Translations under genes and position numbers: made by a program | Shown here: piece after piece, positions 35,675-47,376 of the stretch | How the letters are laid out: each line of letters opens with the position of its first letter | How positions within the stretch are numbered: the first letter of the stretch is position 1 | The notes under the pieces: model-generated | Database searches by the model: none | Seen by the model: only the letters and a program-made list of their open reading frames with translations | What the model was told of the DNA's origin: nothing | Assembly: GCA_023334545.1 (NCBI GenBank) | Contig: JAADVB010000078.1 | Span: 1 to 64,000, forward strand | Source: Salisapilia sapeloensis CBS 127946 | Taxonomy: Eukaryota > Protista > Oomycota | Length of the DNA: 64,000 nucleotides | Direction: 5' to 3'

Positions 35675-36838
35675 ATGACGATTGGAGCGTACAAGAGTGA
35701 TCAGGAAATCGACTTCTTCTCTTTAGACACGAGGAAGAAGCGTGAGGTTGTCGTGGAAATGCTCGACTATGACTTCGTCAACAAGTGCACGGACGTGGAG
35801 GACTTGAAAGGTGTGCTGGCGACGCTGCGCTCAGGCAAGGAAGGTAGGTACCCGGACTTGGAAAAAGCGACGGAAGACCGTCTCTTGGCTCTGATGCCAG
35901 CAAAGGAGAGGAGTAAGATCATCCGGATGCGATCGGGGCCAACGAGATCCGAAGCAAATAACGAAAAGATAGACTTGGCGTCTTGGATGCAGGAGATGGA
36001 GAGCAAAGAGAAGGAGCTGCTGCGGATGTCAGACACGAGCAAGTTCGTACCTCCTGTACGAGGTCAGAAGACTGCCTCCAAGGAGCTTAAGGAAGTAGTG
36101 ACGAGTGCATCAAAAAAGAAGAAAGCTATTCCGGCGTATGACTTTCGAGCATGGGAGCGGTACAATGTGGACGAAGCATTGGAAAAGGTCGATGAAGATG
36201 AGGTGAGGAGTGCAGAAGAGTCCAAGGAGCAACAGGTAAAGCACAGACAGCGAGCGGAACAGCGTAAAAAAGAACTCGGGTCCCTACCTTCGTATGTGGA
36301 CATTGAAGCGCTATCGTCTCGATCTCGAGAAGTCTATGCGCTCCAGGAGAAGCAGAAAGGCAACGAGTGCTTCAAGGCAGGCGAGAATGACGAAGCCATC
36401 CTTTACTACACGCGTAGTCTGGCTTTTGATGACACAAATGCCATGGTATATGCGAATCGAGCGATGGCGTATCTGCGTATCAAGAGCTTCGGCGCTGCTG
36501 AGTTGGACAGTTGTAGAGCAATTGAGCTCGATCCGGCGTATGCGAAAGGATGGCTACGTCGAGGTATGACGCGTGTGAAACGAGGTAAGTACGCAGACGC
36601 AGTCAAGGACTTGGATCAAGCGCTAGCGCTCGATCCGAACAACAAGAATCTGGCCAAGTTACGCTCGAAAGCTGCTGACAAGCGAGATGAAGTGAACGGA
36701 AGTATGTCTGCTCGACCGAGTCGGTCGAGTCGGAAGACTTCCAAACCATTTACACGATTCGAAGTGATCCAAGAGGAGGAGGAAGAGGAGGAGGAAGAGG
36801 AGGAAAAGTTTCAACGATTTGAGATAATTGAGGAATAA
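35675..36838 (+). CDS. SPAG1/RPAP3-like TPR co-chaperone
   Basis: LDYDFVNKC.DV..L..VL..LRSGKEG.YPDL resembles the SPAG1 N-terminus. It also has DFRAWERY and three TPRs (EKQKGNECFK.., NRAMAYL). Confidence 0.8.
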   Translation: MTIGAYKSDQEIDFFSLDTRKKREVVVEMLDYDFVNKCTDVEDLKGVLATLRSGKEGRYPDLEKATEDRLLALMPAKERSKIIRMRSGPTRSEANNEKIDLASWMQEMESKEKELLRMSDTSKFVPPVRGQKTASKELKEVVTSASKKKKAIPAYDFRAWERYNVDEALEKVDEDEVRSAEESKEQQVKHRQRAEQRKKELGSLPSYVDIEALSSRSREVYALQEKQKGNECFKAGENDEAILYYTRSLAFDDTNAMVYANRAMAYLRIKSFGAAELDSCRAIELDPAYAKGWLRRGMTRVKRGKYADAVKDLDQALALDPNNKNLAKLRSKAADKRDEVNGSMSARPSRSSRKTSKPFTRFEVIQEEEEEEEEEEEKFQRFEIIEE

Positions 36839-36852
36839 ATGCATTCGTATTC

Positions 36853-37332
36853 TTATGGCGTAGCTTGTATGGCACCTAGACCAGGTTGTGCCGTCGATAG
36901 GAAGTAGGAACGAGAGTCTCCAAACGATAGTACGGTGGCTTTCACGAGCTGACCGAGCGGAAGGACTTGTTCCATGATGACGCTGTCCACATCATGCGTT
37001 CGAACGTCCTCTCGACGGATTGTGCCTGGAAATGCCTGGCGAAGGACGTTATCGCCGACGACCAGGATGTCGACCATGGCTTGCCGAGCTGTGAGTTTTA
37101 CGATACGACCGACAACAACGTCTCCTAGATGGAGCACTTGGGACGAACCGATGGCTGCTTGGCCAGTCGGTCGTTTAACACGAACTACCCCGTCGTCTGA
37201 AATTTCAATGTGGCCGGCAACGGAAGCATAGATGCCATCTACCGTCTCATAGGTACCTACTCCAGCCTTCTTCTCGCCTGCATTCGCGACAAGGTGTCCA
37301 GGGACCACCATCACCATCGACGTAGCTGCCAT
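36853..37332 (-). CDS. CSL4: Exosome complex component CSL4/EXOSC1
   Basis: VVVPG..AGVGTY..IYASVAG, an S1 domain (GDVVVGRI..GTIRREDVR) and VLSFGDSRSYFLST. Confidence 0.88.
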   Translation of the reverse strand: MAATSMVMVVPGHLVANAGEKKAGVGTYETVDGIYASVAGHIEISDDGVVRVKRPTGQAAIGSSQVLHLGDVVVGRIVKLTARQAMVDILVVGDNVLRQAFPGTIRREDVRTHDVDSVIMEQVLPLGQLVKATVLSFGDSRSYFLSTAQPGLGAIQATP

Positions 37333-37404
37333 TGCTTTTCTTAGCAGATTGGTCGTTCGTATAGTGAAAGTAAGTCAGGATTGTAAGAAAAAGAAAAGAA
37401 AAGC

Positions 37405-37893
37405 ATGGTACGACTTAAGACGCGTTTCGTCCTCGTGGAGGTGGATGCAGGCAAGAATACCAAGTCTTTAAAGAAGGAGGATGTGTCGACGTGTCTGAAG
37501 GCTTCTCTCGTGCGGAATTATGGCGACTATGGCGCCGGATTGACTCAATTTGCCCTCCAAGTCGTGTACTGGAATCAGCATACGAGACTCGCTGCCATCC
37601 GCTGCGCTCGAGAGGTGAGCGAGACGGTCCAGACGAGTCTTGTGCTGACGACGGAGCATAATGGCGGAGACATTCGTCTACGTCTCGTTCGAATTTGTGG
37701 TACGTCGGCCTCGTAGTAGTCGATATGCTAGCTTGTAGGGTCTAAAACCTCCTTAATAGGATCAAATCGGACGTGTAAGCAGCACTTGATGGACTTGTCA
37801 ATGGAAAGGAGAGAGAGTTGTAGATTGGACGGTGTGTATAAGGACGTCGGAGCAGAGCTAGAGGCTGGTATTAGTCTGATCGATCCACAATAA
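37405..37893 (+). CDS. POP5: RNase P/MRP subunit POP5 (Rpp14/Pop5 family), 2 exons
   Basis: MVRLKTRFVLVE start and NYGDYG. One GT-AG intron after RIC; TAA at 37891-37893. Confidence 0.8.
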
Positions 37894-37961
37894 GAATACA
37901 AAGATTACAAAAGAGTAAGAAAGAGAGAAACATGATGCTTGTTCATTCGTCTATTGCCACC

Positions 37962-38485
37962 TCAGTCGATGTTCTTGCCAGCTTCTTCGTACTCGGTTTC
38001 AATGACGGAACAAAAGTACTCGATGTCATCCATAATCGCCCGAACGTCTCGGTTGGGTACTTCCATGTCTTGTTTCGTGCCATTGACTAGAAACAGTAGA
38101 GAGTTAGAGGTATGGATCTCTCATTATAGGTCGGTAAGATGTATCATACTGAAGCTGAGGTGGATGGAAGGTGGATTGCCAGCCAACACAGGCTTGTACT
38201 CGATCTCTGCCTTTGGGTTAATCGCTCTTGTCTTTTGGATAGAGCGAATTAGGACTACTGTTTGATAAAGATTAGACTGGTAGGTTGAGATACCTTGGTA
38301 GCAGTGAGCTGTCGGTAGAACTCGCTGCAGTCATGAGCACCAGTCGTCCATAGGAGTTAGTATAAAGCTAATAGTACACATTTTTACATAGATATATAGT
38401 ACCATGCTCCCGTGGCACTTGTATCAAGACTGGAGAACTTGACGTTGGCAGTCTTGAGGAATCGTACGATGTTTTTAGCCGACAT
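37962..38485 (-). CDS. Mitochondrial ribosomal protein, probably mL53, 4 exons
   Basis: Spliced 106-aa product MSAKNIVRFLKTANVKFS..ACEFYRQL..TRAINPKAEI..PPSIHLSFING.., consistent with the L51/S25/CI-B8-like fold. Confidence 0.65.
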
Positions 38486-38622
38486 ATCTACCTCTTCCTT
38501 CCTTCGTATCGACCTGTTTGAGCTTTGTGTGTTGATACAGTCGTCTGATTGGCAGAAAGTTGGAAAAGGCAAATTTAATTGGATGAAAATATGACAACGA
38601 CTCAAGACACAACAAGATCGAA

Positions 38623-39235
38623 ATGGGGCGTGGTCAAGGTGGACGAGGTTTTCGTGGTAATGGCGGCAAGGCTCGAGGCTCAGAGGCTCCGATTAATCGC
38701 GAAAAGCATTGTCCATTCCTCGTACGTGTGTTCTGCCGTGTTGGAGGACATAATAGGTAGGATTTAGACGACAGAGGACGATTTCATAAAGCGATAGGAC
38801 TAATATTCGCTTATTAATTGATAGTAAAGAGGAGTTGGAGGCTTCGCAAGAGCATCCGATTGATAATGAACTACACATCTACACCTGGTATTTGTATACA
38901 CTTATGTGTGGTCTAAAATTCTATTCATATTGATTGCACAGGCCGGATGCGACGCTGCGAGAGATCGCAGACCTCGTCCAAGCGTCTAATGCCAGCATCA
39001 TCGATAGCGACAGTCGTCTCGATTTTATGATCGTGACGGAGAATCGAGCTAAAAGGTACCTTTGTTTACTGCATTTCTTACTTTTTAGTGGTAAAATAGA
39101 GGATGGAGTAGATTGTTGACACGGAGGGCAGGACATGTGACGGGTGGTCGTCACTCGAGTCCGGATGAGATGAAGACTTTGGTAAGTCTGCAGTTTGAAC
39201 CAGGTGATATGATCGATATTGCCATTGGCGAGTAA
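38623..39235 (+). CDS. SAP18: Histone deacetylase complex/ASAP subunit SAP18, multi-exon
   Basis: INREKHCPFLVRVF, ELHIYTW.DATLREIADLV and FEPGDMIDIAI. Confidence 0.85.
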
Positions 39236-39268
39236 TGGAAGCGATATGATTTTTCTTTTTCTTTTGTT

Positions 39269-41650
39269 TTACAGTTGTGGAAACGAGTTGTACTCGAGGA
39301 CACTATCAGCAGCATACAAGTCGGAGAGGACATTTCGCAAGTAATTCTTTCGACGAGTGAGTCGATGGCGTCCTTTACTTTGATCTTGGAGGCTGTTCGA
39401 AAGGAGTTGACCCATGTACGGCAGATAGTCCACATGCAGACTGGTGGACAATGTCGTGGGTAGAGTCAAGGACGAGGTGATACGATCTTTTTCCGAACGT
39501 TTCGAGTCCTTTTCGGATTGGACGATCAAAGTGTTCATCATGGTAGAGGACACTACCATCTGTTTGTCAACGTCCACGTGGACATTTGGACCTTTGAAGT
39601 TGGTCGCGAGCGTTTGCTGCCGTAGATCGAACGCATAGGATCGACATCGGCTATCTTCAAAAGTGTCCTCCGAGCGCGCGGTCCACATGTCCGCATGACC
39701 CATATCGTCTATGAGCGCCCAAACGTCCTCTAGTTCGTGGACACTTTCCATTGTCTTTTCATTCTTGTACGTTTCCCGTACTGTCGATAATAAACTCCAG
39801 TCCATCAGATCAAAATCCCTTTCGAGCCAATGTGTCCACATCGGCACATTCTGTCCCTCTCCTGTACCACGATTGTTCCAACAGTACGTTCGCTTTGGTT
39901 GTGCTTGTGGCTTCAATTGCTCTGCATTCGTCTCGATAAAGTGCATGGCTCTCCTCAAATCACACTTCATATACGTCGCTAATGTCATTGCGAGTTCCAT
40001 GGACACTGGCAAGTGTTCCAAGAATCCAATGAGCATTAAAGCATTTGCAAATTCATCCGTGGACGGCATGTCCCAATGCTTGATGACCATATCGACATTC
40101 GTGGGAAAACCAGGTGGTAATTCTTCACAGGTTACCACAAGTGGACACTTTGTCCTCTTAGCCAATGTCCCGATGGCGTTGAGGAAACCTCGATCTTGTT
40201 CAAAGACGATATCGACGTCATCGAATAGAAGGAGTGATTTCTGGGATTTCACTTGTGTCTCGTTGGACATGACTCGACTTGATTGAGTTGCCTCTGCAAT
40301 TGACATGACGTCCTTCCCAGATCGACATTGTGCAGCATTGATTTCTATGACTTGATATCCGAGTTCTTCTGCACAAGCATAGACGGATGCCGATTTGCCA
40401 CTACCTGGGAGGCCCTGGACGACAAAGATTGGTGTGATCCCCGATTCGTCCTCACTTTCGCCATGAAAGATGGACATGTCGGATACGCGTTTCCTACTAC
40501 TTGTCCAGTCTTGCAGCCAGGATTTTAAGGAAGATACAGCGGATTCGTTGCCGATGATACCGTCCGATGAGATCGGCAGGTATTTGTCCACTAGAGACAG
40601 GTTGGCTGCTTTTGGAAGACGTTTCTCTCGAGAGTCGAGGAGCGCGTGATAGACGCTATTCACCCGCTCTTCGTCTATATCTCCATTCTCGGCAAGTGCA
40701 TTAATGAGGTCGTGTTCTGTTTCGTATGTACAAGACATGTCTAGGTTGGCATCATGTCGGAACCAGAACAAGTCTGCTTGCGTCCTCTCGACCTCGGAGG
40801 GGCCGCATGTGCCTGCTTTGTCATAGAAGAGAGGGGCTTTTGTATCGTTCGGTTTGAACGTCTTTATCTGTCGTGTCGGTAAAGCGAGGGAAGGAACGGC
40901 AACGGCAACGTCAATCTCTTCTACAAATGTATGTGGAATGCATGGGAATGAAGGTGTTTCCTTGCGCCAGATGGAGGGTGACGACGTCAAGTCGATGACC
41001 TCTGGCGTCTGTGACATGCTGACGAAGGCGTGGAAGAACGAGTCGTCGGCGCGTCCGTTGAAGAAAGCGAGATCCTTTTCCCTTTGAATGCGCATCTGCT
41101 CCTTGAGACTTGCCTTTGCCTCCATTTCTTGCAACTGTTTCCGATCCTCCGTGTGCATGAAGAACGCGTCCTTGCGCTTTCGATTGGCTACTTTCTTGGT
41201 CTTTTTCTTTGGCTTGGGCACGTCGTCAACATCCTCTTTTTCGAGTTCACTTTGGATCACAGCACGTCTTTTCGGACGACCGGATGCAAGTTTTAGGTCC
41301 GATGCAGTGCCATCAGGAGATGAGATGGCTTTGGAGGCGGATGGCTGGAGCTGTTGCGAGTCAGGGCTGTCGGATGATGGAGAGCAAAAGGTTGTGATAC
41401 GAGGCTGGGATGGAGACTCCTGAGATTTGCCTACCTTGCGTTTCGTAGGTTTCTTGCTCTGCTGATCTCGACTGCGGCGAGGTCGACGAGACCAGTGCAT
41501 TCGATCGTCGAACTCGTGATCATCGGCTTCACTGTCTATGGCCTCGACGACCGAGTGTTTGTCCGATGTGAGGTGTGAGAGGCCATTGCAGATGACCTCG
41601 GAGGACAAAGCGTACTCTTGGGACTCTGCTGCGAGCTCTGGAGACGCCAT
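39269..41650 (-). CDS. ATAD5: ATAD5/ELG1-like RFC large subunit (AAA+ ATPase)
   Basis: Walker A GLPGSGKS, ACAEELGYQVIEINA, ATQS, and LLFDDVDIVFEQDRGF..TKCPLVVTC. First in-frame ATG at 41650; upstream exons are possible. Confidence 0.8.
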   Translation of the reverse strand: MASPELAAESQEYALSSEVICNGLSHLTSDKHSVVEAIDSEADDHEFDDRMHWSRRPRRSRDQQSKKPTKRKVGKSQESPSQPRITTFCSPSSDSPDSQQLQPSASKAISSPDGTASDLKLASGRPKRRAVIQSELEKEDVDDVPKPKKKTKKVANRKRKDAFFMHTEDRKQLQEMEAKASLKEQMRIQREKDLAFFNGRADDSFFHAFVSMSQTPEVIDLTSSPSIWRKETPSFPCIPHTFVEEIDVAVAVPSLALPTRQIKTFKPNDTKAPLFYDKAGTCGPSEVERTQADLFWFRHDANLDMSCTYETEHDLINALAENGDIDEERVNSVYHALLDSREKRLPKAANLSLVDKYLPISSDGIIGNESAVSSLKSWLQDWTSSRKRVSDMSIFHGESEDESGITPIFVVQGLPGSGKSASVYACAEELGYQVIEINAAQCRSGKDVMSIAEATQSSRVMSNETQVKSQKSLLLFDDVDIVFEQDRGFLNAIGTLAKRTKCPLVVTCEELPPGFPTNVDMVIKHWDMPSTDEFANALMLIGFLEHLPVSMELAMTLATYMKCDLRRAMHFIETNAEQLKPQAQPKRTYCWNNRGTGEGQNVPMWTHWLERDFDLMDWSLLSTVRETYKNEKTMESVHELEDVWALIDDMGHADMWTARSEDTFEDSRCRSYAFDLRQQTLATNFKGPNVHVDVDKQMVVSSTMMNTLIVQSEKDSKRSEKDRITSSLTLPTTLSTSLHVDYLPYMGQLLSNSLQDQSKGRHRLTRRKNYLRNVLSDLYAADSVLEYNSFPQL

Positions 41651-42405
41651 GAACCTACGCAGTGGCGTTCCCGCCAAAATGACCTCGAGCGTGTTCGTTT
41701 TGTTGCAGCATTCGATCAAGTACGAAACGAGGAGCTATTTGTATGAGCTATACAATTTTTAACATATTTGATCAAGTACGATTTATACTCGAGTATAGGA
41801 GGGCTGTAGCTAGTATGGATAAGGTGCATTTGGCGAGATAGGCTCTAGACGATACGTTCTGAGGAAGAGATAGAGGTAGCAAGTAGGAATGCGTTTGGTT
41901 TCTCTCTTGTGTTTGAAATGGTCTTCTATATCGAACAAGACCTAGCATCTTGTTGATAGCTACCTTTTTGGTATCTTGGAAATATAGATAACATCTACAA
42001 GTCGAAAAAGATAGGATCAAAGAGTATATTTCTATCCATATCACTTATTCCTCTTGCATATAGCTATTATTGCAATCTTATCATATCAAGTATAGCATGA
42101 GACGACGTTGATATATGTTTATTTCTACTCGACTGCTACTATAACCGTTCCGTTCATCAGTAACTTGGTCTCCACCTCCTCTAAACTATCACTCGCACCA
42201 TCCTATTCAAGACCATCTATAACTGGAACTTCATTCTAGAAGTACAATGGTTTTCGACTGGTGTTCCTAATATAGATCGTGCCAGCGTCTTCACGGATAA
42301 GCTTCGGAAGCTGTACTCGTGCCTGGCGTTCGAGGCATCCAACAGCCATCCTGGGCTCATTTTCTCATTCCATAGCTACTTGTCAAGCGAAACTCGATAG
42401 CCAAG

Positions 42406-43098
42406 ATGATGTCTGTGACCGATGATGCGAAGGGTATGATTGCGCAGGAGGAACGGGAGCTTCGACGAGTCTTTGACCACGTCGCGAGTTTCAAGCGCAA
42501 GAAGAAAGTGTCGGCACTGATTGCATCGAGCAAGGAAAGAAAAGCACAGCTTCTCGCTGCTCAGAATCAACCAGAGGGTCCGAGTATGAACAAAGCTCTA
42601 GCGCAGTTGACGCCAGAGGAGATTGCGACAGAGCTTCGGCAGACTACGGAGGCGCTGGATAAACACACTGCGGAGCTGAGTCAGCTCCAATCGACGAGCA
42701 AATTCATCCGGGCGGAAGACTTGTACGAGGTGATCAAGACACTGGGGAAACGATGCTCGAAGAAAGAGGTTAGCGACATGATCTGGGAGGCAGATGAGAA
42801 CTTGGACGGGTGTGTCGAGTGGGAGGAGCTGAAATCCATGTTTAATCGCACGCTATTAGATCGTACTCAGCTAGAGCCAGTGAACTTGTTTAACGTTGTG
42901 CAGTTCATGACGTACGATAAGAAAGGATGTGGCGTGATCACTGCGGACGACACGATGGCAATCTTGTTTGCCAGATACGGGTCGTCGCAGCTGGAGGATC
43001 GAATGAAGCAGCTCTTTGGCGACCGAGATGAGCTCAAGTTTGTCGACTACTTGGAGCGTGTGGGGAAGCAGCGACGTGGACAGCAGGCAAAGGGATAA
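42406..43098 (+). CDS. Calmodulin-like EF-hand protein
   Basis: EVSDMIWEADENLDGCVEWEE and YDKKGCGVITADD EF-hand loops, preceded by a coiled coil. Confidence 0.8.
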   Translation: MMSVTDDAKGMIAQEERELRRVFDHVASFKRKKKVSALIASSKERKAQLLAAQNQPEGPSMNKALAQLTPEEIATELRQTTEALDKHTAELSQLQSTSKFIRAEDLYEVIKTLGKRCSKKEVSDMIWEADENLDGCVEWEELKSMFNRTLLDRTQLEPVNLFNVVQFMTYDKKGCGVITADDTMAILFARYGSSQLEDRMKQLFGDRDELKFVDYLERVGKQRRGQQAKG

Positions 43099-43393
43099 AC
43101 CATTTCTTTATTGTTGTAGGAAGAGGGTGAGTAGAGGAAAGTAGAAACTGTAACGAGCACGAGTGTATTGCCATTGTATAATCTTTGGGTTGAATCAATT
43201 GATCGTTAAGGCTTCAATACTACTTTTGTTTGTATTTGACTGTAGATATACCGAAAGAGCGTACTTGTCGATAGTTAGTGACATCTATAAGCTTCATGCT
43301 CGAAGCGAATTGTGCATGAACGACTCAACCAAAGTGTATTTTCATTGCATGAGTTTTAGAGCAAAATGGCTCTTACTGTCCCTCAGATTCCTT

Positions 43394-45110
43394 TCACGCC
43401 ACTCTCTCCACCTTGCACATGAGGTCACCTGCAACAGACAGTGTGATTGCTTTCTCGTACGTGACATCCTTCGGGTCACCGAGCATCTTGATATCAAAGT
43501 TACTGAGAATCGTCGCCAACGTGATCTTCATCTCCATGTAGGCAAACCTCTCTCCGAGGCACCGATGACTTCCTAGAGCTACGTGTAGTCGATTAGTAAA
43601 GTATAGGGACAAGTAGGTAGCATAGTAGATGAGTACCAAAAGCAGAGAACTTGGCTGGCGAGACAGTCTTGAGCTCTCCATCCGCTTCGAGCCATCGCTC
43701 GGGTTTGAACTCCTCTGCGTCGTCTCCCCACACGCTTTTGAGATGTCCAGCCGCGTAGAGACTGATCATAACGTAGACATTCGTCGGGATAAAGGTACCG
43801 TCGCTGAGGGTCGTGTCATGCTTGGCTGACCGCGCATCCGTCGGAGCTGCTGCATGCAGCCTCAAGTTTTCTCGGATGACTGCTTCCAAGTACGTTAGTT
43901 TGGGTAGATCCTCCATGTTGAGGATTTGTCCTTGTTCAGAGAAGATGTACGGCACTTTAGCTCGCAGCTCGTCTCGGATCTTATGTGCGACATCCGGGTT
44001 CTTGTTCATTTCAATGATGAACCACGTCATGGACACGGACGTCGTGTCTTTCCCAGCAAAGATAAAGTTGATGACCATGTCTCGAATGACTTGTGGATCT
44101 GCTTCATATGCTTCTCCTTTCTCTAGCGTCCGGAGCTTACTGTCGAGGTAGAGTGAGACGAGGTCTTTCGGTGGCGGAGTGTTCTTATCTTTCTGCTCGA
44201 ACGCTTCGTTCCGCGTACGAATGGCATTGTCAATGATCTCGTAGCAAAAGTCATCGACGATTTTCTTATTTCGTGCTAGCTCTTTCTCAGATCCGATACC
44301 AAGGAAGCGTTTGGCTTTCCATAGCCACAAAGGACTTGTCGTATGTGTACGAGCGATTCGAGACAGCTCGGAGAAGGCTTTGATAAAGTCATGCGGACGT
44401 TCTCCTGCTACTCCTTTGCGGATACTGTTGAGGTCCGTGAGGAGAGAGATCTTGACAAAGACGTCGCTCGTGTAGTGCATGATCAAAGCTTTCATACTGA
44501 ACTCTGTCTGTCGATCGGAGTACACACTAAGTGCTTCTTGTAGCTGCTCGGATTTCTCCCGAATGACTTCGTGCATGGTGTTTTTCATGTTTTGCATGGA
44601 AAAGAGGTGGGAAGCTGTCTTCCGTTGGACGTACCAAGCGTTTCCATCAACGTTAAAGATACCTAGGACGCAAATGAGTTAGTGACTAGGAAAGAGGAGG
44701 TAGAAGCCGAGGTTACCATTGCCCCAAAAGTCTTCAAAGTTCTCATGGGCGAGAGGACCTCGATCGAAGATGTGGTCTTGCTTGTTGAGCACGTCGTCGA
44801 GAGTTTCTGGAGACGTCGCGACGACCATGACGGAGCGACCGCTTACATTGATCGTAAACGGCTTTCCGTCCAAGCGTTGGGCGTTGTCAACCATAAAGTC
44901 GTAGAGTCGATGGGCATTTCGCGCGACAGTGAAGGTGTGTCCCCAGAAGGAGCTGTATCCTTCCGCCTTGGGCAGTGGCTTTCCATCCGGTCCTAGCGCC
45001 TGTTTGTCGCTCCGAACAAGCAAGTAGGTGGCAAGTAGCGCCAGTGCTGTGGATCCACCGATGACAAGTTGTGTGGATGATCCCTGCTCATGCGTTGACA
45101 CGTTTCCCAT
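43394..45110 (-). CDS. Cytochrome P450 (CYP86/94/704-clan-like), 3 exons
   Basis: N-terminal anchor, GNAWYVQRKTASHLFS, I-helix AGKDTT, ENLR, FKPERW and heme motif FALGSHRCLG across an intron. Confidence 0.93.
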
Positions 45111-45837
45111 CACTTGCTTCGAATGGAAGGAGTTGAATAGTGAAGTGAAGGAGTGGATGTGCCGGTGGGAAGCTCCGTTACGCACGTCAGGCAGAAAGTC
45201 AAACAAGTTCACATTGACAGGCGTAGACGAGTCATTGACTGTCTGATACTTTCGTCAGCACGTAGATGATAGTAGGACGTTACACATATGGTCATCAAGC
45301 ATTAAGTAGGATGATCTAAGTTTCCATAAAGGTAGAAAGAGAGAAGATGTTGTACAACGTGAAATCAGGTAGAGGGTAGACTCCTTCGTGTCAAGCTCGT
45401 GAGTCATCTGAACCTGCTATGCAGAGCTTCTGTTCGTGTGATGTGGCTTAAGGTGATTCCGATACAGTTCAGTAGAGAAGATGCTAGGATATATTCAATC
45501 ATAGGCAGTGTGACCAAGTATGCGCAAAGAAGAGGAAGTATAGAAGTAGATTGGCTGCTTCGAATTCAAGTCATTTGCTTAACGTTCCGATGCGAATGTC
45601 CGAGAAACGTGAGTGGTACTTTGGCGTCCTGTCGCGTTGGAAATGTAGAAGAGATAGGCCATGGCATCGCAGGCAGTAGCTGATGACTATACACGAAAAG
45701 GCGAATTTAGAAAGGAAAAATAGAGTAATAGGCTCAGCGAACGCAAGGAAGACGATCGTAAGCGATGCGACCGAGTGACCCATCATGTCATGTCTGAGTC
45801 TTGTTTTTGCCATTTTTGACTTCTATTCGAGTCCAGC

Positions 45838-47376
45838 ATGACTTCGAGTGCCAAGCTGAAAGACATCGAGTGGAAGGATTCCATGTATGATCCTCTCCAC
45901 GTTCTACCCGAAGACCAGGCGAATTGTAAACGACTTGCGCAGGCTCTAGTTCATGAATGTCTTCGTTCCTACGACATCTACGACGCCTCAACTCCGAGAG
46001 CCATCGACGAGAATGAGTGGAAATTCGTCAAAGGTCATGGCGACATCTCGATCTATCGTGAACGTCATCCGTCCATGGGTCCCAAGGAAAATTCGGCGCT
46101 AGCAGCCACCGAGTGGAAACCTCCGGTCCGAATGGTCGGTGTCGGTACGCTCCGAGGCACCATCGACGACATCCTCTATGGTATCACTGCGAGTGACGTG
46201 TCTGGCGTGATCCAGAACCGGAGCTACTCTCGCGTCCAGACGGGAGAAGCGCAAGTTCTTGCTGCCATGGAGCTACCGACGCCGGATCAACCGTTCCGTC
46301 ACCTCGGGTTTAAGTGGATTCTCAAGCCCATGCCGATGCAAATGCGCCGTGTCATCAACGCACGAGACCTTGTCTACCTCGACTACATCGGCATCATGCG
46401 TCGGGAAAACGGCGAACGCATAGGTTTCCACGTCCGGCACTCAGTCGACTTGCCGACGGTGCCTGAGCTAGTCCATCGGCACATCATCCGCGCTCGAACG
46501 TCTGCTTGCTCTCTCTTCTTCCAAGACAGCCATGACACCATCGGCTTCTTCACGACTGGCGTCTGTGAAGGCAATGGTAAGCTGCTGAATCAAGTCACGG
46601 CACGCGCGACAGCGGACGCAATGATGATCTGTCGTATGGCTGTACCTCTCGCGAACGACAAGAAGTTGCTCTGGTTACTACGTCGGAAGAAGCATGAAGG
46701 ACATGTGGCTCCACAGGTCCGGAAGGGTGATCGCCGGTGTCGAGGCTGTACTCGCAAGGTCAATCCTTTGCGGAAACCCAAGCTCTGCGATCTGTGCGAC
46801 GCTCTCGTGTGTCCTCAGTGTCGACAGGATAAGGCTGTACTGGATGCCATTCCACCTCGCAAAGTACGTAAGAAGGACGTGGTCTTGTGCAAGAGGTGTA
46901 TGCAGGAAGTGGCGGAGAAGAGTGCGTTTAAGATTGCACGGGAAGAGGTGGTTGCTGGTCGATACGAGTACGTTTCTCGAGCTCACCGGGAGGCTCAGAC
47001 GACGGAAGACTGGGTTTCCATGGAAAGCGTCGACCAAGCGGACTCTCCTGGTCGTGACTCATGCGAAGGTGAAGAAGTCGTGGAGGAGATTGTCGAGAGT
47101 TTGCGCCCGAGTCTTACCACGACGCTCAGTCTTTCCTCTCCGTCCTCTTACAGCGCTGACATGAGTGGCATTCGGAGCATGTACAGTGAAGAAAGCTCGA
47201 GTGCCCAATCGGAGCAAGGTGGAGGCATGGATTTGAGTGAGCTGACGCTGGAACGGAAAGAACGGGAGGAAGATATGGACATGCAGAAGCGACGTCAGCT
47301 CTGGCTCGAGGTGACGCAGATGCGTCTAGCAGAGGAAGAAGCGTATTTGCGATGGCAGATGCATGAGAGTGACTAG
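45838..47376 (+). CDS. START-like domain plus FYVE-type zinc finger protein
   Basis: RDLVYLDYIG..GFH..HSV (START-like) and CRGC..CDLCDALVCPQC..CKRC. Matches an architecture expanded in oomycetes. Confidence 0.8.
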   Translation: MTSSAKLKDIEWKDSMYDPLHVLPEDQANCKRLAQALVHECLRSYDIYDASTPRAIDENEWKFVKGHGDISIYRERHPSMGPKENSALAATEWKPPVRMVGVGTLRGTIDDILYGITASDVSGVIQNRSYSRVQTGEAQVLAAMELPTPDQPFRHLGFKWILKPMPMQMRRVINARDLVYLDYIGIMRRENGERIGFHVRHSVDLPTVPELVHRHIIRARTSACSLFFQDSHDTIGFFTTGVCEGNGKLLNQVTARATADAMMICRMAVPLANDKKLLWLLRRKKHEGHVAPQVRKGDRRCRGCTRKVNPLRKPKLCDLCDALVCPQCRQDKAVLDAIPPRKVRKKDVVLCKRCMQEVAEKSAFKIAREEVVAGRYEYVSRAHREAQTTEDWVSMESVDQADSPGRDSCEGEEVVEEIVESLRPSLTTTLSLSSPSSYSADMSGIRSMYSEESSSAQSEQGGGMDLSELTLERKEREEDMDMQKRRQLWLEVTQMRLAEEEAYLRWQMHESD

